Assembly: GCA_964612815.1 (NCBI GenBank)
Contig: CAZTCV010000001.1
Location: 392,885 to 456,884, forward strand
DNA length: 64,000 nt
Reading direction: 5' to 3'
From: an uncultured Pelolinea sp.
GTDB lineage: Bacteria > Chloroflexota > Anaerolineae > Anaerolineales > Anaerolineaceae
The translations under genes and the position numbers were made by a program. Of the stretch, positions 44,018-53,947 are shown piece after piece (position 1 is the first letter of the stretch; each line of letters begins with the position of its first letter). The notes beneath the pieces were generated by a model. That model ran no database searches and was not told where the DNA came from. It worked only from the letters and a program-made list of their open reading frames with translations.

Positions 44018-44980
44018 CTATCCACCCAAACCGAATAAACGATTGGCAAGGGAAACAGCTTCATCGGCTGATGTGGCAAACCCGTCGCTGCCCACTTTTT
44101 TCCACAAATTATCAGAGATATTAAAAGGCGGACCGCCCACGATCACTTTGACCCGATTGGCCTGATCGCGTTCCCGTACGCCCTGGATGACCTGCTCGAT
44201 AATCGGGATCTGTTTGGATATGGTGGCTGACAGCGCGAGGAGATGGGGGCTGGTTTCATCTAAGGCCTGCAGGATGGCCTGTGACGGCGCATTGCCGCCG
44301 AGATAATATGTATCCCACCCGTCCATCTCGAAAAAGTCCGCCACCATGCGGATGCCGATGTCGTGCATATTAGAGTCGACACTGGCGGCGATCATGCGCA
44401 AGCCATTCTTTTGATTCGCGAAGATATAGGGGTAAAGCTGAGACATGATCATCTGGGTGGCGGCGGTGAAAAAATGTTCCTGGGCGATGGTGATCTGATT
44501 GGTCTGCCAGAGGCGGCCAATTTCATAGAGACTATTCTGGAACACATGCAGGTAGATATCGCGGACAGGGACGCCGGAAGCGGCGCTATCCAGAATCAAT
44601 GTTGAGGCTTGTTTGCGATCGCCGCCCAACAAGAGGGCGCGATAATTCGCAGAGAGCTCTGAAAGAGGATCATCGGTTGAATCCGGACTTTGATTTTTAC
44701 AATCCAGGCTGCAGATAGCGTCATCAATGAATTGGGTGACCTTTTCACCTGCGGCATGGTCCATTCCATCTGAAAAGGTGGCGCGGATAGTATCGAAAAG
44801 GTCAGCCACATCCTGCTCGGTATAGCCCTGGCTCAGGAAGCGGGTGCGTTTCCAGCAGAGGAAATCCTGCAGGATGGCTATGTCGTTGGCGTTCAAAGCG
44901 ACTTCCACCTGCTCAACGAGGGAGATGCCGAGCGCGGAGGTTAATTGGTTAATTTGTGCGGATCTATCCATAGGGTTCAC
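44018..44980 (-). CDS. cobalamin (B12)-binding protein of the CarH/AerR photoreceptor type, without a DNA-binding domain
   Basis: B12-binding_2 helical bundle with W158-x9-E168-H169 (RLWQTNQITIAQEHF). Rossmann B12-binding domain with lower-ligand motif SNMHDIG (H206). The stop lies 5 nt before the HK start. Confidence 0.8.
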   Translation of the reverse strand: MNPMDRSAQINQLTSALGISLVEQVEVALNANDIAILQDFLCWKRTRFLSQGYTEQDVADLFDTIRATFSDGMDHAAGEKVTQFIDDAICSLDCKNQSPDSTDDPLSELSANYRALLLGGDRKQASTLILDSAASGVPVRDIYLHVFQNSLYEIGRLWQTNQITIAQEHFFTAATQMIMSQLYPYIFANQKNGLRMIAASVDSNMHDIGIRMVADFFEMDGWDTYYLGGNAPSQAILQALDETSPHLLALSATISKQIPIIEQVIQGVRERDQANRVKVIVGGPPFNISDNLWKKVGSDGFATSADEAVSLANRLFGLGG

Positions 44981-45126
44981 CTTGAAAATAATTGTATCAA
45001 TATCAAGCTAAAGCTTCAAACGCACGAACGATGATCACAGCCAACCATTTACCAACTAAACCCCGAATGAGGACATCATTTAATGGTGATTGGCCGGGAT
45101 ATAGTTAGATAAAAAATGGAGTCACA

Positions 45127-45762
45127 ATGAAAACTATCATGGTATATGGCGCCGCAGGCGGGATTGGCAGCGCCATCGGAAAATATTTTAAGGACAGGGG
45201 ATCCGCGGTTGTCGCGGGCGTGCGGCACGCCAATGGGAACGGACTTGTTTTCGCGGATGTGATCGTTGAAGGAGATTTTTCATCTGAACAGGATGCGGCC
45301 GCGATGGCCAGGGCTGTGGCGGAAGAGGTGGATCAGATCGATCTATGGGTCTACGCCGCAGGCGATATTCACTATGAAACAGCGCAAAACCAAAACGCAA
45401 ATGATTGGATGCGCATGTTTAATGCAAACCTGTTCGGGGCCCAACAAACACTGAAGCAGAGCCTGCCGTTATTAGCGGCGGAAGCGCACATTATGATGGT
45501 TGGCGCGTATACAGACCGGCTGACGATGCCAGGGCTTTCCGCATATACAGCGTCAAAAGCCGCGCTGGCGGCATATTCTGCTGTGATCGAAAAGGAATTG
45601 CGCGGGATGAAAGTGTCACTGATCCGCCCGTCTGCAGTAGACACACCTTTCTGGAAAAAAGTTCCGTTCAAACTGCCAGCAAACGCGCTGCTGCCTGAAG
45701 ATGTGGCCGAGAAAGTTTTTAGTGTTTATGTGCAGGGATTATCCGGGCTGGTGGACCTGTAA
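45127..45762 (+). CDS. short-chain dehydrogenase/reductase (SDR) family protein
   Basis: GAAGGIGSAIG cofactor motif and catalytic YTASK (YxxxK). Confidence 0.85.
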   Translation: MKTIMVYGAAGGIGSAIGKYFKDRGSAVVAGVRHANGNGLVFADVIVEGDFSSEQDAAAMARAVAEEVDQIDLWVYAAGDIHYETAQNQNANDWMRMFNANLFGAQQTLKQSLPLLAAEAHIMMVGAYTDRLTMPGLSAYTASKAALAAYSAVIEKELRGMKVSLIRPSAVDTPFWKKVPFKLPANALLPEDVAEKVFSVYVQGLSGLVDL

Positions 45763-46006
45763 TTCACTAAGCAAATCGAGAAAACGCATAGAAAAATCAT
45801 TGGATCGCACCTGCATATTAGTTCTCAAATTAGAGAAATCAAACGACCATATATTTATTTTCTGTTGTTAAGCGGGGTTGGAAAAGAAAAGGCCGGGCTT
45901 TTTACGCTTGCGGGGTTAACACGCATAATTAAAGTTGTCAATGATTCATCATCGCAATGGATATTGGGGTAAACTTGTCCGATATTATATTGAGCCTGAA
46001 ATCCGA

Positions 46007-47221
46007 ATGAAATTATCTGAATCACTAAAGAAATCCTTTCTTAATCCGTTAACCCCTTTGTGGGTTTGTGTATTTGTGGACATTCTGGGCTATTCGATGC
46101 TGACCCCCTATATGCCGCAGATCATGCTCGCGATGGACGTGCCAATCGGGGTGATCGGGCTGGTTCTATCGATCCCGCCATTTATCGGCTTTTTCACCAA
46201 CATCCTGTGGGGCTCGCTCTCGGATCGCATTGGGCGAAAACCAGTGATCATGATGCTGCGGATTGGGACGCTGGTCAGCTATCTGCTGCTTGTATTCGCC
46301 AAGGATATGACAATGATCATCCTGTCGCGGGTGGTCGCGGGGATTTTCAACTCGGTGGTGACGGTATCACTGACGGTTGTGAATGATGTGGTCGCTCCGG
46401 AAAGACGTTCGCTGGAACTCAGTAACGTGGGGGCTGGGTGGCTGGTGGGGAGTATCCTGGGGCCATTCCTGGGTGCGCTGGTGGCAGGGAGCGGGGCATT
46501 CGGACTGGGGATGATCAACTTCATCCTGATCGGGGCGACGATATTGATCACGCTGCTCATGCTGAAAGAAACGCACGCGGATTTCGTAGAAGGGCAGATG
46601 AAATCAATGGAAGACGAGAAAAAAGCGATCATCTCGGTCGGGCTGCTGAAGAAACCGCTACCGCGCTACTTGCTGCTGCAGAGCCTGTTCAACCGCATCC
46701 CCTATTTCATGTTCGTGACGACGACCTCGCTATTTGTAACGATCCGATATGGCTTCGGCGTAGCACAGATCGGCGCGTTCTTTACTCTGATCAGCGTGGT
46801 CAACCTGGTGATCCGCATCATCCTATTCCCGTATGTGTTACGAAAGCTGGGGGATGAGATGACGGTACGGCTGGGTTTTATCCTGTATTTGATCGCTTTT
46901 ACCTGGCTGATCTTCGCCAATAGCGTGTGGGAGTTTGCGGTGATCAACATGGTGATGAGCTTTGCCACTTCGACCGCCATTGATGTGATGACGGGGGTGA
47001 TGAGCCACGCGGTTGAGAAGCGGGAAATGGGCGAGATGATGGGACTGGCATCTGCCGCAGAAAGCCTGACGATGGTGATAGGGCCGATCATCGGAAGCAA
47101 TTTGCTGGGATTATCGAATCCTTACCTGTTTGGACTGTTTGGGACCGTATTTGCGATCATTCCTTTAGCGATGGATTTTCATCCGATCAGAAATCGGAAA
47201 ACTGAGAAAGAAAACGGCTGA
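46007..47221 (+). CDS. MFS transporter
   Basis: 12-TM pattern with GSLSDRIGRKP (MFS motif A). Start placed at MKLSESLKK; the listed ORF starts at 45935. Confidence 0.85.
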   Translation: MKLSESLKKSFLNPLTPLWVCVFVDILGYSMLTPYMPQIMLAMDVPIGVIGLVLSIPPFIGFFTNILWGSLSDRIGRKPVIMMLRIGTLVSYLLLVFAKDMTMIILSRVVAGIFNSVVTVSLTVVNDVVAPERRSLELSNVGAGWLVGSILGPFLGALVAGSGAFGLGMINFILIGATILITLLMLKETHADFVEGQMKSMEDEKKAIISVGLLKKPLPRYLLLQSLFNRIPYFMFVTTTSLFVTIRYGFGVAQIGAFFTLISVVNLVIRIILFPYVLRKLGDEMTVRLGFILYLIAFTWLIFANSVWEFAVINMVMSFATSTAIDVMTGVMSHAVEKREMGEMMGLASAAESLTMVIGPIIGSNLLGLSNPYLFGLFGTVFAIIPLAMDFHPIRNRKTEKENG

Positions 47222-47356
47222 AGTGGACGTTGCAATTTGAAATAATTGACCAGTGTGTTTCTTAGCAAATAATGGCCAATATCCATAGCTATCCCATCAC
47301 CAATTAATCCCCCATGCTGTGCCGTGAACCCAATCGAATAAATTTATAATTAGTTT

Positions 47357-47854
47357 ATGGCACGACCAAATACAAGAAAAGACCTGATAGATTTGAGCAG
47401 AACCAATTACGAAAAGATATTGAAGATGGTTGATGAGGTCACGGTCGACGTGTTATCTGAAGCGGGCGCATGTGAGCATTGGAGCATCAAAGATATCCTG
47501 GCGCACCTGCACGGTTGGCACCTGATGTACCTGCGCTGGTATGAAGAGGGGATGGCGGGCGAGAAGCCTGAGATGCCCGCGTCGGGATATACATGGGCAA
47601 ATACACCCGCGCTGAACGCGGAAATCTATGCACGCTATAAGGATGAGGCGCTTGGAGAGATTTTGATTCTACTGGATGAGACCCATCACAAAGTGATGAA
47701 AATCATCGAGAACCATTCGGATGAAGAGCTGTTCACGAAGAAAAAATATACCTGGACAGGGACGACCTCGCTCGGATCCTATACGGTGTCCGCGATGTCG
47801 AGCCATTATGATTGGGCGATCAAGCAGATCAAGACATTTTTGAAAAGCAAGTAA
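47357..47854 (+). CDS. ClbS/DfsB-family (DUF1706) four-helix-bundle protein
   Basis: MARPNTRKDL…, ILAHLHGWHLMYLRWYEEG and WTGTTSLGSYTVSAMSSHYDWAIKQIK match the ClbS/DfsB family end to end. Confidence 0.85.
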   Translation: MARPNTRKDLIDLSRTNYEKILKMVDEVTVDVLSEAGACEHWSIKDILAHLHGWHLMYLRWYEEGMAGEKPEMPASGYTWANTPALNAEIYARYKDEALGEILILLDETHHKVMKIIENHSDEELFTKKKYTWTGTTSLGSYTVSAMSSHYDWAIKQIKTFLKSK

Positions 47855-47952
47855 ACGCTTCTCATTTATTAACTCAAAATTCATCTTATTGATAATGCTT
47901 GCTGATGTATTATCATTGACTGTGCCAGGTTAGATTATCTGACAGAAGAAAA

Positions 47953-48795
47953 ATGACCAAAAAGGAACTCATCAACCTACGTGATTATGCCCTGATCGTA
48001 TTCGATATTGACGGGACGATATCCGGGCAGGATCACATCATCCATCCTTTTACACTGGAGACGTTGTCGCGATTACGGGAGGCGGGTTTCCCGTTCACGC
48101 TGGCAACCGGTAAGAGCCTGCCGGGCACAATCGCGCAGGCGGACCTGCTGCAAGCAGACCTGCCGCTGGTACTAATCAACGGGGCGATGCTGCAGACGCG
48201 GCAAGGCGAAGTGCTGGACGCGGTCACGCTGCCGGAGGCAGTTGTGCGCGAAGTGATCGCATTGTGTGAGCAGGAAGGGCGTGACCTGGTGATGTATGAC
48301 GGTGACGTGATCTATTTTAAAGAAATGACCGAAAATATGCGGCCGGTGTACGGGCACCTGACCGACGGGATGCACCCGGTTGGTGCATGGGAGAGCATCG
48401 CCGGGCGGATGGGGGATATCAATAAATGCCTGGTGGTGGATACAACCCAGCGCGCGCATTTGCTGCAGATGGGAGAGATGTTTGAAGCTGCATTTGGGGA
48501 CGCGGTTGATGTTCTGCATACCAGCGCGGTGCTGGTTGAGGTGATGCCGCGGGGGATCAATAAATTAATTGGATTGAAAAAGTTGACAGAACGAATGGGA
48601 ATCACGATGTCGAGTGTGATGGCGTTTGGGGATTTTGATAATGACGTGGAGATGTTGTTAGCCGCTGGCCTGGGCATCGCTGTCGCCAATGCATCAGCAC
48701 GCGCGAAAAAAGCAGCCGACCTGGTGATTGGCGGGGTTGACGAACAAGGTCCGGCGCGATTCCTGTCTGAACTTTTGGACCGCTTACCCGGTTAA
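47953..48795 (+). CDS. Cof-type HAD-IIB phosphatase
   Basis: IVFDIDGTI (motif I) and AFGDFDNDVEML (motif IV). Confidence 0.85.
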   Translation: MTKKELINLRDYALIVFDIDGTISGQDHIIHPFTLETLSRLREAGFPFTLATGKSLPGTIAQADLLQADLPLVLINGAMLQTRQGEVLDAVTLPEAVVREVIALCEQEGRDLVMYDGDVIYFKEMTENMRPVYGHLTDGMHPVGAWESIAGRMGDINKCLVVDTTQRAHLLQMGEMFEAAFGDAVDVLHTSAVLVEVMPRGINKLIGLKKLTERMGITMSSVMAFGDFDNDVEMLLAAGLGIAVANASARAKKAADLVIGGVDEQGPARFLSELLDRLPG

Positions 48796-48826
48796 CCAGC
48801 GCGGATAAGCGGCCCGAATTACACGT

Positions 48827-49003
48827 TTATTCGAACAATTTTAAATCGTCTTTGGATAAGAATTTATAAAGCTTTGTGCCTGTTTCAGGGTCAACCGCGC
48901 GAGCGGCTTTGCGGCCGTTCTTGAGCGTTTCGATGGTTACTTTGCTGGTATCCACAAAGACGTCTTTCTTATCCTTCAATGAATAAAATTTTAACTGCGC
49001 CAT
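48827..49003 (-). CDS. small (58 aa) lysine-rich hypothetical protein, below the ORF-track cutoff
   Basis: Manual translation: MAQLKFYSLKDKKDVFVDTSKVTIETLKNGRKAARAVDPETGTKLYKFLSKDDLKLFE. AAGGAG RBS 7 nt upstream of ATG 49001-49003. Confidence 0.55.
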   Translation of the reverse strand: MAQLKFYSLKDKKDVFVDTSKVTIETLKNGRKAARAVDPETGTKLYKFLSKDDLKLFE

Positions 49004-49193
49004 TCGTACTCCTTTCTGTTAGGTTGATGAATAATGAAGCGGTGATGAACCCCCGTTGAATGAATCATTGTTCAGTAATCATATTATACAAAGATAAAAA
49101 GGGTTTAATTCTTAAAAAACCCACGCTTGTATCTGCTGGTCATTTGAATGAAAACCCCTATAATTAGGTTTTATTTTTCAAAGGCAGCTTGAT

Positions 49194-50162
49194 TTGAGAT
49201 CCAATATTGATGAAAAGAATAAGGGGTTTGCGCTGGCGTTTGGCAGCGCGCTGGTGCTTTCGCTGACAGCGATCTTCATCCGTCATCTGACGCAAGCCTA
49301 TGCATTGCCGGCGCTGGTGCTGGCGTATTGGCGTGAAGTTTTCACGGCAGCTGGTTTATTCCTGTTTTTTCTGGTTCGAAATCCGAAACTGATCGGCGGG
49401 ATAAAAGGCCATGGCAGGCTGCTGACAGGGTATGGTCTGGTGCTGGCTGTGTTTAACGCGCTGTGGACGCTTTCCGTTTCACTGAATGGAGCTGCCGTTG
49501 CCACGGTGCTGGCTTATTCATCAGCCGGTTTCGCGGTACTTTTGGGGTGGCTGATCCTGGGTGAACTCTTAACCACAAAAAAGATCATCGCCACCGTGAT
49601 GAGCCTGGCCGGATGCGCGCTGGTGGTAGACGCGCTTAACCCAGATGTATGGGAGATCAACTTGGTGGGCATGGCGGCGGGCATTGCTGCCGGCATATTT
49701 TACGCACTTTACAGCATTATGGGACGCGCGGCGAGTGAAAAAGGCCTGAACACATGGACTACGCTGATGGTCATCTTCGCGATCGCATCGGTGTTTATGT
49801 TGTCGTTCAACGTATTCTCTTTTGGGATGATCCCGGGCGCAGCGGATACTCCCGCTGATATTTTTTGGCCGGGCGGTGACAGGACAGGCTGGTTGATCCT
49901 GATCACGCTGGCTATCGGGCCAACCCTGATAGGATATGGATTGTATAATGCGGCGCTGCAACACCTTGAATCGAGCATCACCAACCTGATCGTGACGATT
50001 GAACCGGTGTTCACTGCCGTGATCGCTTATTTTCTGTTTGGCGAACTGTTCTCCGCGACACAGATCGGCGGAGCGGTGCTGATCATGAGCGCGGTTTTGG
50101 TTTTACGGATAAAAGGAAAAGGGAAGTCGCCATTGGTTGGCGCTCATCAAAAAAGGCGCTGA
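49194..50162 (+). CDS. EamA/DMT-family transporter
   Basis: 322 aa, 10 TM segments, duplicated EamA halves, TTG start. Confidence 0.8.
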   Translation: MRSNIDEKNKGFALAFGSALVLSLTAIFIRHLTQAYALPALVLAYWREVFTAAGLFLFFLVRNPKLIGGIKGHGRLLTGYGLVLAVFNALWTLSVSLNGAAVATVLAYSSAGFAVLLGWLILGELLTTKKIIATVMSLAGCALVVDALNPDVWEINLVGMAAGIAAGIFYALYSIMGRAASEKGLNTWTTLMVIFAIASVFMLSFNVFSFGMIPGAADTPADIFWPGGDRTGWLILITLAIGPTLIGYGLYNAALQHLESSITNLIVTIEPVFTAVIAYFLFGELFSATQIGGAVLIMSAVLVLRIKGKGKSPLVGAHQKRR

Positions 50163-50174
50163 AGAGCGCCTTTT
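50151..50174. terminator. bidirectional intrinsic terminator between convergent genes
   Basis: AAAAGGCGCT-gaag-AGCGCCTTTT, overlapping the EamA stop codon. Confidence 0.75.
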
Positions 50175-50192
50175 GATAAGGAAATATTGTGA

Positions 50193-51434
50193 TCAATCCT
50201 CAAATTTCCAGATCTCGTTGAGAATGCCTTTTGCAGTGTCGAGATCAGGAACGAGATGGTTGAGCATCATTGCCCGCAAGGCTTTGTTGTAATCCCTTTC
50301 CACGATTGCTTCCACCCATAAGATTTCAAAGGTGGCGTTAAGGCGGACCATGGCTTGCAGGTCGAGCGGGGTTTCGCCTGGCTGGAGCGGAGTGAAACCA
50401 TGCGCGCTGACGAGGGTGGGTGTTTCGATGATGGCATTGGGCGGCATCCAATCGACGGTATCAGCGTTGACGACATTGATGGTGAAGACCTGGTTGGTAT
50501 TATTGGCGTGGGCGAGCATGACCGGCACAACGATATCGCGGTACCAATGGGCGCCGCGTTCTCCCAGCTTATCAGGTACTTTGCCATCGGCGTCGCGGTA
50601 GGCCTGCATGACTTCATTTTCAAACGCAAGCAGCTGTTCGGCGCGCACCTGTTCCTGCTGTGCCTGCTTTTCGTAAATGCGGTTGGCATGGTAATAGTAT
50701 TTGAAGTAGGAGGTGGGGATGCCGCCAATCGCCCTGGCGATCTCGGGATCGACCGGCAGACCGGGGACCTGGTCCAGTTTTTCAAGGATTGTGGGCATGA
50801 GGTTTTTACCCTGATAATGCACCTCGGTGATCCATCCAAAATGGTGCATGCCGACATACTGGAACCAGAGCGACTGATAGGGAATACCAAGCATGGCGGC
50901 GATGCCCTGGCCGATGCCAACAGGCGAATCACAGACACCGATCATGTTGACCTTAGAGTAGGTCACTGCCGCGTATTGGATGAAGCTATTGGGGTTGGTC
51001 AGGTTCAATACAAGCGCATGCGGCGCGTATTTTTCGATCGCCTGACAGTAATCCAGGACGACCGGGATGGTGCGCTTGGCGTTGTTCATGCCGCCCGGCC
51101 CGAAAGTTTCCTCGCCCGGGATGCCGAACTGTTTGGGGAAGCGTTCGTCATAGGCACGGGCATTGTATCCACCCACACGTATCTGATTGAGAATGTAGTC
51201 CGCTCCATCCAGGCCTTTGGACAGATCTGTCTCGTGGGTGATGGTGAGCTGAGGCTGAGCGCCCTGCACAAGCGCCGCACAGGCAGCCGCTACCTGTTCC
51301 AGTTTGGGTTTGGTGCGGCCAATCAGACAGATCTCCAATGGCGGGCGGTCTGGCCGGGCAAGCAGATCCTGCACCAACACCGGAGAGGCAATGGAACTGC
51401 CGCCCAGCACTGCTAGTTTCTTTTTTTCCTGCAT
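50193..51434 (-). CDS. glycoside hydrolase family 4 protein (paralog c)
   Basis: N-terminal Rossmann KLAVLGGSSIASP and Mn/NAD-site motifs MIGVCDSP and VGMHHFGW. Confidence 0.8.
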   Translation of the reverse strand: MQEKKKLAVLGGSSIASPVLVQDLLARPDRPPLEICLIGRTKPKLEQVAAACAALVQGAQPQLTITHETDLSKGLDGADYILNQIRVGGYNARAYDERFPKQFGIPGEETFGPGGMNNAKRTIPVVLDYCQAIEKYAPHALVLNLTNPNSFIQYAAVTYSKVNMIGVCDSPVGIGQGIAAMLGIPYQSLWFQYVGMHHFGWITEVHYQGKNLMPTILEKLDQVPGLPVDPEIARAIGGIPTSYFKYYYHANRIYEKQAQQEQVRAEQLLAFENEVMQAYRDADGKVPDKLGERGAHWYRDIVVPVMLAHANNTNQVFTINVVNADTVDWMPPNAIIETPTLVSAHGFTPLQPGETPLDLQAMVRLNATFEILWVEAIVERDYNKALRAMMLNHLVPDLDTAKGILNEIWKFED

Positions 51435-51457
51435 CAGAACCTTTCTGCTTCCTGCGA

Positions 51458-52639
51458 TCAGGCGCGGTCGTAGAAGGCGAGGATCGCTTCAGCCGTAATG
51501 ACCGCTTCTTCCTCGCTCATGGTTTCAAAGACGGGGATATTGAAAACGCGGCGCGCATACGGGCCGCCGACCGGGAAGTCGCTTTCTTTGTAACCGAGAT
51601 GTTCATAAGCTCCCTGCATGGGAACCATGATGGGATACATGGCAAAACCGCCGATATCATGGTCTGCCAAATAGATGAGCAGCTGCTTGCGCTCTTCCTC
51701 GGTAGGAGCGATGGTGGCGTAGGAATAATAGACGTGATGGCAGTAATCCTCAACATGCGGCAACTGGAGGGGCGTATCCGCGAGCATTTTGTCATAGATC
51801 GCGGCAATGTTGCGGCGGCGGTTATTCCAATCATCCAGATATTTCAGTTTGACGCTGAGCATGGCACCCTGGAGCTCATCTAGGCGGTCTTGAAAACCGA
51901 CCACTTCATGGATGAATTTGACCCGCTGGCCGACATAGCGCAACATGCGGATCTTTTCATTGAGCTCGTCGTCGCTGGTGGTGATGATGCCGCCATCGCC
52001 GTAGGCACCCATGTTCTTGCTGGGGTAGAAGGAAAAGGCGGCTGCATGGCCAAGGGAACCGGTGCGGCGGCCCTTGTAATAGGCACCATGGGCATGAGAC
52101 GCGTCTTCCATGACCCACAGGTTATGCTTTTTGGCCAATTCCATGAGCGGGTCCATATCGACGACGTGGCCATAGAGATGAACAGGGATGATGGCTTTGG
52201 TCTTCTCGGTGATGAGCGGTTCAACCAGCTCCGCGGTCATGTTGTAGGTTTTTGGATCCACATCACAGAAAACGACTTTTGCGCCGCAATATGAGGCGGC
52301 GAAAGCGGTGGCGACATAGGTGTTACAAACAGTGATGACTTCGTCACCGGGCCCGACTTCCATCGCTTCGAGGATGATATGCAGCGCTTTGGTGCCGCTG
52401 GAGACACCGATCGCGTATTTACTATCGCTATACTTAGCAAATTCCTCTTCAAATTTGCTTAGATATGGTCCGAGGGTGTATTTACCGGTCGGAAGCACTT
52501 TCTTGACGGCTTCCATCACCTCGTCACCGATCTCTTCCCACTGACGTTCCAGATGGCCGCTGCCGATCTTGGTCGGTTTTGTGAGCGCTTCCACCCAATC
52601 GGGAATTTCAATCTTTCTGCTCAGGTCAATCTTGGTCAT
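51458..52639 (-). CDS. DegT/DnrJ/EryC1/StrS-family PLP-dependent (keto-sugar) aminotransferase
   Basis: FSFYPSKNMGAYGDGG carries the PLP lysine. 393 aa, with family-typical DASHAHGA. Confidence 0.9.
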   Translation of the reverse strand: MTKIDLSRKIEIPDWVEALTKPTKIGSGHLERQWEEIGDEVMEAVKKVLPTGKYTLGPYLSKFEEEFAKYSDSKYAIGVSSGTKALHIILEAMEVGPGDEVITVCNTYVATAFAASYCGAKVVFCDVDPKTYNMTAELVEPLITEKTKAIIPVHLYGHVVDMDPLMELAKKHNLWVMEDASHAHGAYYKGRRTGSLGHAAAFSFYPSKNMGAYGDGGIITTSDDELNEKIRMLRYVGQRVKFIHEVVGFQDRLDELQGAMLSVKLKYLDDWNNRRRNIAAIYDKMLADTPLQLPHVEDYCHHVYYSYATIAPTEEERKQLLIYLADHDIGGFAMYPIMVPMQGAYEHLGYKESDFPVGGPYARRVFNIPVFETMSEEEAVITAEAILAFYDRA

Positions 52640-52654
52640 GTTCTACTCCTGTTT

Positions 52655-53947
52655 TTATTTTTTAAAAAATTGCGGAAGGAATTCTTTATGCGCTTCGAGC
52701 ATCTCATCCACCAGCGCGACGGCGGTGGGGTAATCAGGCACGAGCGGGTTTTGCAGCATTGCCAGGATGGCATCTTTGCGGGAGCCGCTGACGGCCGCTT
52801 TGACAGTGGCGGATTCCCAGGCCTTGGCCTGCTGGCAGAGTGTGCGGATGGAATCCGGCAGCTTGCCCATCACCAGCGGCGTGACGCCATGGGCGCCAAC
52901 CACGCAGGGGACTTCAACGGACGCATCCGGCGGGAGATCGGAAATGGCGTCGCCGTTACGGGCAACAACGATCTGGACATCGCGGCGGTCGAGCATGAGC
53001 GAGAGGATGAGGTTGACGGCTGCCTCTGAATAACGGGCGCCGCCACGCTGGGCAAGCTCTTCCGGTTTGACCAACACATGGGGATCCGCGTATTTTTTGA
53101 GCAGATCCTGTTCCACCGCGAGCACAGTTTCGCCGCGAGATTTTTCCGCCGCTTTGGCTTCAGCCAGGCGGGCAGGGTGGTAATAGTAGTACTGCAGATA
53201 ATAGGTGGGAATCACACCCAGCGTGCGGATCAATTCCGGCTCCAGATGGGGCATCTCCTCATTTTCCGCAAATTTCTCGAGATTATCCATCAGGCTTTGG
53301 GTCATATCCTGGCCCTTGATGAATACTTTACGGACCCAGTTGACATGGTTCAAGCCAACCCATTCCAGGAACACATCGCGCGGTTCAACATGGAAGGCTT
53401 GCGCCATACCCGCGATCATGTTGATGGGATTGTTGCAGAGACCGACCACATTCAGATCGGTGTGTTTGAGAATGGCTTCGGTCATGATGCCGGACGGGTT
53501 GGTGAAATTGATGAACCACGCGTCCGGGGCGTATTTGTGCATATCTTTGGCGATATCGAGTGTGACGGGGATGGTGCGGAAGGCCTTGAATGTGCCGCCC
53601 GGCCCGGTGGTCTCCTGGCCGATGACGTTGTATTTGAGCGGGATCTTTTCATCAAGGATGCGAGCCGCCATTTTTCCGACACGCATGGAGGAAAGGACAA
53701 ATTTTGCCCCTTCGACCGCCTGCGGTCGGTTGGTGGTGAGGGTGACTTTGGTGTCCATCTCCGCATATCGCACCATGCGCTGGGCCATGCCACCGACGAT
53801 ATCGAGGCGTTCCTGATCGATATCATACAAAGTGATCTCGCCTACCTGCAGGTTGGATTCATTCTGGATGAAGCCATCGATCAGTTCCGGGGTATAGGAA
53901 CTACCGCCCCCGATGACTGCTATTTTTTCGATGCCTGGTCTTTCCAT
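52655..53947 (-). CDS. glycoside hydrolase family 4 protein, 6-phospho-beta-glucosidase-like (paralog b)
   Basis: KIAVIGGGSSYTPELIDG, VVGLCNNP and VGLNHVNW closely resemble ChbF/CelF-type enzymes. Confidence 0.85.
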   Translation of the reverse strand: MERPGIEKIAVIGGGSSYTPELIDGFIQNESNLQVGEITLYDIDQERLDIVGGMAQRMVRYAEMDTKVTLTTNRPQAVEGAKFVLSSMRVGKMAARILDEKIPLKYNVIGQETTGPGGTFKAFRTIPVTLDIAKDMHKYAPDAWFINFTNPSGIMTEAILKHTDLNVVGLCNNPINMIAGMAQAFHVEPRDVFLEWVGLNHVNWVRKVFIKGQDMTQSLMDNLEKFAENEEMPHLEPELIRTLGVIPTYYLQYYYYHPARLAEAKAAEKSRGETVLAVEQDLLKKYADPHVLVKPEELAQRGGARYSEAAVNLILSLMLDRRDVQIVVARNGDAISDLPPDASVEVPCVVGAHGVTPLVMGKLPDSIRTLCQQAKAWESATVKAAVSGSRKDAILAMLQNPLVPDYPTAVALVDEMLEAHKEFLPQFFKK

